In this document: piece after piece, positions 59,286 through 64,000 of the stretch
Layout: the number at the start of each line of letters is the position of its first letter
How positions within the stretch are numbered: position 1 is the stretch's first letter
Assembly (NCBI GenBank): GCA_033762295.1
Contig: JANRLW010000064.1
Coordinates: 1 to 64,000 of the forward strand
Source: Capsulimonadales bacterium
Lineage (GTDB): Bacteria > Armatimonadota > Armatimonadia > Armatimonadales > Armatimonadaceae
Direction: 5' to 3'
DNA length: 64,000 bases
The notes under the pieces: model-generated
What the model was told of the DNA's origin: nothing
What the model saw: the letters and a program-made list of their open reading frames with translations, nothing else
The model's database searches: none
Program-made: the position numbers and the translations under genes

Positions 59286-61286
59286 CTAACCGGATATAGA
59301 ACGGACCCTTTCCTTCTCCGTTTCCGGGTCAAATTTATCAATCTGAACCGGAGTCACGAACGGACTGGAAAGAGTTTTTACACGGGCAAAGCCTACGTCT
59401 TGCGCCCGCACGATACTCCGGGAGAAGTCTTCGAAATCGTAGAATTGCGCCAGTTCCTTAACTTCACGCGCGTTATTGAGGTGGCTGATGAACCAATTTT
59501 CTGTGTTCGACAGAATATTCGGGTGTACGCTGGAAACTTCTTGGGTAGCGTAGACCAAGCCAATCCGGTATTTCGCTCCCTCTTTGGCAAGACGTGGCCA
59601 TGTTTCCGTCAATTCGAGATTCTTCCCAATCAAGTTATGGGCTTCTTCAATATAGACGACAATGTTTGGGGGAAATTTGCCCTCCACGAAAACTTTCATA
59701 TTCTGATCGAAAATCCGCTGTGCTATCGACTTACTGATCTTTTCCCGCAGGGTCGGGTCGCCTACCGAAAGGTCGAGAATGACGATATGTCCCTTCTTGA
59801 GGTATTCGTAAACCTCGGTGCTTACATCACCGCTGCGTCGCGGAGAGTGGTACGGCTCGATCGCGACAAGATCACGCCATCCATTAATATAGCTGCCATT
59901 TTGTTGTTGAAACAGCATGTCGAGTAGTACTTTTAACGTATCATCGATCCATGGCTTTTTTGATGAACTGGACATTAATGGTTTTTGGGCATTCTCTGCC
60001 ACCGCATTCCTAAACCATTCGACGGCCTCCTCTAAAGAAAAGCCGTTACTTGGATTGCCTAAGTCAACGCCCGCGATATTATTAACAGCCTGGCGAATCG
60101 TTGCGTTTGCATCAAAATAAACGCGATGATTCTCTGGCGGCTTAAACCCAGCCCTAAACAGCAGGCATTTATATACCGCTAAGCGAACTTGCCAGCGCTT
60201 GAATTCAGAACTGTTTTTCTCCTCGGGTTGATCAAAGCTGAGGCCGTGGAAGACGGTGATGTATCCACTGGTTCGGCCAGCAAGAGCCATCTCGCGCTTG
60301 ATGATTTCAAACCCTTCGGTTACTTGCTCGTAAAAGTTGTTGCGAAGTTCATTGAATCCTTCTGCGGGGAGCATTCGATACCGAACGGTATCGTCGGGAT
60401 AGACATCCGCTATCGAGCCATTGTCTTGCTGGTTGGCGTTCGCATACTCTCCGTTTAGGTCGAAGATGATTTGTCCAATCTTCAATCCACCCTGGAGGGA
60501 GACACGCTTAACTACGGCGACTGTCTGCTTCACCATATTGGATTTGCCGGTTCGAGTCATGCCAAGGACGGCCGTCCGACGCGCAAGGAAGTCTGACGGC
60601 TGAATCGCGACAGGTACTTTCTCGTCATCACTTCCGCGATGCAAACGGTCAGTAGACGTATACCGCACCGTTCCTAACTGGATTGGCTGAATGCTTCCTT
60701 TAATCCCGAGGGCTTTTGCCTCCTCTTCAGCTACGGCTTTTCGGATTGGGTCGACATAGTTTACGATGATTTCCAGGGCTTTTGTCCTGGGGCGATAGAC
60801 TTTGAGACGTGCGGCACTGGCAAACGATTCGAGGTCGCTGCCCATCCGGAGGTTGGAATTCTTATCCATGTAAAACGTGCCCAAGACACGGCACTGAAGC
60901 CCGCCAAACTGCATCCGGGACTGGGTGATATCGTCCATCCCCTCATCGATAGTCGGCGAAGCTTGCTCCTGGAAGTTGTCGATCTTGGTGCGGACGTTAT
61001 CGTCATCCTGTGGCAATCGACATGAACCTACGACACGTAAAAGGATCACCTCTGCGTCTGTGGGATCGAAATTGTTTGCGCCGTCTGCGGAGGCATCAAA
61101 TGCGCAGGCGATAAGGAAACTGTTATGGGGAATACCTAAGGCTTCGGCCTTCCACTTGTCGTTGGTCATCACCAAAGCCCAGTCGTAATCGATATTGTAA
61201 ACCCACCCACAAAAGTTCTCGGTCTGGATCAAGCGGAAAAGGGGATGGTTTTCCGCGACTATCCGACCCATGTTTCTGAGGCTCAT
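59286..61286 (-). CDS. HerA/FtsK-type ATPase (DUF87) with N-terminal HAS-barrel-like region
   Basis: Walker A GMTRTGKS, FDLNGEY, Walker B YIEEAHN, AKEGAKY, YATQ and SNTENWFISHLN motifs. Confidence 0.9.
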   Translation of the reverse strand: MSLRNMGRIVAENHPLFRLIQTENFCGWVYNIDYDWALVMTNDKWKAEALGIPHNSFLIACAFDASADGANNFDPTDAEVILLRVVGSCRLPQDDDNVRTKIDNFQEQASPTIDEGMDDITQSRMQFGGLQCRVLGTFYMDKNSNLRMGSDLESFASAARLKVYRPRTKALEIIVNYVDPIRKAVAEEEAKALGIKGSIQPIQLGTVRYTSTDRLHRGSDDEKVPVAIQPSDFLARRTAVLGMTRTGKSNMVKQTVAVVKRVSLQGGLKIGQIIFDLNGEYANANQQDNGSIADVYPDDTVRYRMLPAEGFNELRNNFYEQVTEGFEIIKREMALAGRTSGYITVFHGLSFDQPEEKNSSEFKRWQVRLAVYKCLLFRAGFKPPENHRVYFDANATIRQAVNNIAGVDLGNPSNGFSLEEAVEWFRNAVAENAQKPLMSSSSKKPWIDDTLKVLLDMLFQQQNGSYINGWRDLVAIEPYHSPRRSGDVSTEVYEYLKKGHIVILDLSVGDPTLREKISKSIAQRIFDQNMKVFVEGKFPPNIVVYIEEAHNLIGKNLELTETWPRLAKEGAKYRIGLVYATQEVSSVHPNILSNTENWFISHLNNAREVKELAQFYDFEDFSRSIVRAQDVGFARVKTLSSPFVTPVQIDKFDPETEKERVRSISG

Positions 61287-61475
61287 GTCGTCCGTACTCC
61301 TTTGCTCTCACTTTACCGGACATTAGGAGTTACCCACTCGCCGAAAAGCTTACCTACCTTAACATGAGAGCACTTTGGCGTCAATAGTAGACAGGAGATA
61401 GTAACGAAAGCGAAGGGTAGAGAAGAAGAAAGGAGGATTTTGCGAACGGCTGCACAATAGATCAGGGATACCCTG

Positions 61476-62474
61476 ATGAAAGTTGCCACATTAGATATCG
61501 ACGTGTTGGAGGATAATGATCGACCGAACGAGGATGCCGTCGTTTGTCCAGGCTCTTCCGAAACAGGAACACTCCCGTACGCTAAGCCCATCCTGGTCGA
61601 TTATATTTCACGTCTGCCCAAGCGCAGCCCCTTTCGTTATCCCGGGGGAAAGACCGCTTTAATCCCTGGGTTCAGACTATGGCTCAAAAGTCTCTCCCGT
61701 CGCCCGAAGGTTGTGGTCGAACCCTTTGCGGGAGGAGGCACAATGTCCTTGACAACCGTCATGGAAGATTTGGCTGACGGAGCATGGATGAACGAACTCG
61801 ATCCGACCATCAGTGCTTTTTGGAAAGCTACCTTGAACCCGGAGGAGGCTGAATGGCTTGCCAAACGCATATTAAACTTTGAGGTCAATACCGAGAGCGT
61901 TGAAGCAGAATTGCGTCGTACAACGACTACTCAGCGCGAGATCGCCTTTCAAACCCTTCTCCGAAATCGGACGAACCGCGGTGGACTGATGACACCAAAT
62001 AGCCGATCGCTTCGCAAAGGTGAAAATGGTCGGGGAGTCCGATCGCGTTGGTATGCAGAGACGCTTTCTGCACGGATTCGAGATATTGCGGCCGTTCGAG
62101 AGAAGATAACGTTTACGACCGGTGACGGAGTTGCCATAATTTCCAAGCACTTGGAGGAAATAGGTATGGCGTGGTTCATCGATCCTCCTTATTCTGTCGG
62201 AGGCAAAAAGGCAGGGGATAGGCTATATAACCATTCCGGCGTCGACCATGAGGCGCTTTTCCTCTATGTGTCCCGTCTCGTTGGTCCATGGTTAATGACA
62301 TATGACGACGCTCCTGAAGTTCGTAAATTGGCACAATGTTTTGGTTTCGAAATCGAACCGGTCGTACTTCGAAACTCCCACAATCGAAATTCGGGTGAAT
62401 TACTCATCGCCTGGAACCTTTCTTGGGCAAGAGGGCAAGACGCTTGCAGCAAGTTGCCGCGCCCTATCGGATAA
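61476..62474 (+). CDS. Dam-like (D12 class) DNA N6-adenine methyltransferase; start uncertain
   Basis: SPFRYPGGKT, VEPFAGGG, NELDP, FIDPPY and WLMTYDD motifs. Confidence 0.9.
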   Translation: MKVATLDIDVLEDNDRPNEDAVVCPGSSETGTLPYAKPILVDYISRLPKRSPFRYPGGKTALIPGFRLWLKSLSRRPKVVVEPFAGGGTMSLTTVMEDLADGAWMNELDPTISAFWKATLNPEEAEWLAKRILNFEVNTESVEAELRRTTTTQREIAFQTLLRNRTNRGGLMTPNSRSLRKGENGRGVRSRWYAETLSARIRDIAAVREKITFTTGDGVAIISKHLEEIGMAWFIDPPYSVGGKKAGDRLYNHSGVDHEALFLYVSRLVGPWLMTYDDAPEVRKLAQCFGFEIEPVVLRNSHNRNSGELLIAWNLSWARGQDACSKLPRPIG

Positions 62475-62539
62475 GCCATATTAACATGCCCAATAACCGT
62501 ATCGGAAATAGCATATGACCATAGCTCAAATGTTCCCGA

Positions 62540-62756
62540 TGCACGAGGCGCAAAACGCTCCGCCGATCGGTATGGAGTCCGTCCGGACCGGGCGCAACCA
62601 CCCCGGCGAACCGGTCAGGGTTTGAGGTAGGGGGCGAGGACCTGCGTCCAGAGTTTGTACCCCTCCGGCGAAAGGTGAAGCCGGTCCGCGACGTACAGTT
62701 CCGGACGTGGCTCACCGTTCTCCCCGAGCATCGGGGTATGGACGTCCACGAACGCC
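62540..62756 (+). repeat. 217-bp direct repeat, right copy
   Basis: Matches 57614-57830 with one mismatch. Confidence 0.95.
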
Positions 62757-63334
62757 ATGTTTTTTTGCGTCCCGATCCAGTCGGCGATGTTTTTGTTGGC
62801 CGCTTGAATCCGATCCTGAAACTTCCACCGGGACGGACTCGGCTTGATCGCCAGATAGAGGATCTTCGCTTCCGGCAGAGCCGACCGGATCTTCAAAGCG
62901 AACGTTTGAAAATCCCCGGTCACCTGCGCCGACGTATGACCGGCGGCGATGTCGTTGTCCCCGGCGTAGAGAACCACCGTCTTCGGGGCGTAGGGAAGAA
63001 CGATCCGGGCGGCGTAGAAGGTCGAGTCCGGAATGTGGGAACCGCCGAACCCGCGATTGATCGTCGGCAGTCCGGGGAAGTCGGTGGCCAGCGTCTTCCA
63101 TTGAACGATCGACGAGGAACCGACGAACAGAATGCCGCCCGGCGGGGGCGTTCCCTTTTCCCGGTCCGCCGTCTCAAAGGCGACGATGGCCTTTTCCCAG
63201 AGGGCGGTCCGCTCGGGGTACGATTGCGGTTCGGACTTCGGGGGCGCGGTCGATTGCGCAAGGGCGGGAACCGTCGCGCCGAGAGTCAGGACGGACAGGA
63301 CGACCAGGGTCCTGCGAAAAAAACAGGTTTGCAT
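62615..63334 (-). CDS. SGNH/GDSL family hydrolase, secreted
   Basis: FVGSSSI, NRGFGGS, YAGDND and DRLHLS motifs. Confidence 0.92.
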   Translation of the reverse strand: MQTCFFRRTLVVLSVLTLGATVPALAQSTAPPKSEPQSYPERTALWEKAIVAFETADREKGTPPPGGILFVGSSSIVQWKTLATDFPGLPTINRGFGGSHIPDSTFYAARIVLPYAPKTVVLYAGDNDIAAGHTSAQVTGDFQTFALKIRSALPEAKILYLAIKPSPSRWKFQDRIQAANKNIADWIGTQKNMAFVDVHTPMLGENGEPRPELYVADRLHLSPEGYKLWTQVLAPYLKP

Positions 63335-63347
63335 CTACCGGAGCCTA

Positions 63348-64000
63348 TCACGATTTGTCGCTCAGATACCAGGGTTTCGTCCCGTGGACGACGGTCACGG
63401 TCTCAGGCGGCGAGACGACCGGCGGGCGAACGACCGGTGGCGTCGGCACTGGGACCGTGGCGCGGGGGGGCAGAGTCGCGTCCGGGACGTAGTAGGTGCG
63501 AAACGCTTCCAGAAATTGCTGCAGGTCACCGGCGTTCAGGCGTCCGTTCGGAAGGACGTACGCGGTGGTCGAACCGATGAACAGAAACGTATGATCCGCC
63601 GTTGCCTCGATCCTCTCGAACGCGCCCCAGGCAAGGCGTGTCTCCTGATATTTCGTCCGGACGATCAGACCCTCCGGAACGACCTCCAGTTCGTGTTCGG
63701 TGAACAAACGGCGGTTTCCCGGCTCCGAGTACAGCTGACGGACCATTTCCTGTACCGATCGGCGATATTGACGCGACGACTTCCAGGCGAAGATTGCGGC
63801 GTAAAGGAGCGGCAGCAGAAGGACGAGCGGCGACAGGCTCAGAGGTTCGAGCAGAATCGTCAACAGAAGGAACGAGAGAAGGGAAGCGAGGATCGCTCCG
63901 GTCAGACGGTAGCGTTGGCGCGCCCGGCGAAGCGTCGGGGATTGTTCGTGGTTGTAATCGCTGAGGGCCACAATATCGTCGATCGTATTGGAAAATCGCA
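63348..64000 (-). CDS. YcxB-like membrane protein (frame open to the window edge; likely partial)
   Basis: Two TM helices, then EGLIVRT...LAWGAFERIEAT...FLF...AYVLP; no stop upstream within the window. Confidence 0.75.
   Translation of the reverse strand, partial: RFSNTIDDIVALSDYNHEQSPTLRRARQRYRLTGAILASLLSFLLLTILLEPLSLSPLVLLLPLLYAAIFAWKSSRQYRRSVQEMVRQLYSEPGNRRLFTEHELEVVPEGLIVRTKYQETRLAWGAFERIEATADHTFLFIGSTTAYVLPNGRLNAGDLQQFLEAFRTYYVPDATLPPRATVPVPTPPVVRPPVVSPPETVTVVHGTKPWYLSDKS

Larger units (their letters stand above)
57831..62539. mobile_element. 4.7-kb AT-richer island (MTase + HerA + NurA-like) between 217-bp direct repeats
   Basis: Composition shift coincides with the repeat boundaries; no integrase or transposase inside. 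Confidence 0.85.

Noticed and set aside
1..64000. Apparent abundance of CGATCG/GATC sites (HIP1-like or linked to the MTase)
   Set aside because: An impression only; it cannot be quantified without k-mer statistics and may reflect ATC/GAT codon usage.
1..64000. tRNA/rRNA genes, integrases, prophage structural genes
   Set aside because: None was recognisable by eye, including at the island borders.

Overview
A GC-rich bacterial chromosomal window. The gene inventory (DUF1559/H-X9-DG prepilin-like protein, LptD-like protein, PspA, many sugar ABC transporters) suggests Armatimonadota or a similar lineage, which is an inference. Positions 1-51.3 kb are mostly housekeeping, envelope and carbohydrate genes: uvsE, a pspA cluster, two sugar ABC operons, split fumarate hydratase, an S8 protease, a NurA, a two-component pair, MIOX, GH44, rnhB, ABC-F, an SPFH pair and cfa. 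Two visibly AT-richer accessory regions stand out. (1) About 51.45-55.77 kb is an array of truncated Hint/polymorphic-toxin tips, each followed by an intact immunity-like gene. Three of the modules end in the same convergent small-gene remnant, and a TreTu-like toxin is knocked out by a 112-bp MITE. (2) 57831-62539 is an integrase-less island encoding a Dam-like N6-adenine methyltransferase divergent from a HerA ATPase plus Zn-ribbon NurA-like nuclease. It is bracketed by a 217-bp direct repeat that preserves both flanking host genes and is a candidate restriction-like defence system. The window also holds a strong candidate ~70-nt sRNA at 37432-37500 and an Rpn gene with an internal RBS/start (candidate RpnS). 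All family calls come from motif recognition; no database searches were run.
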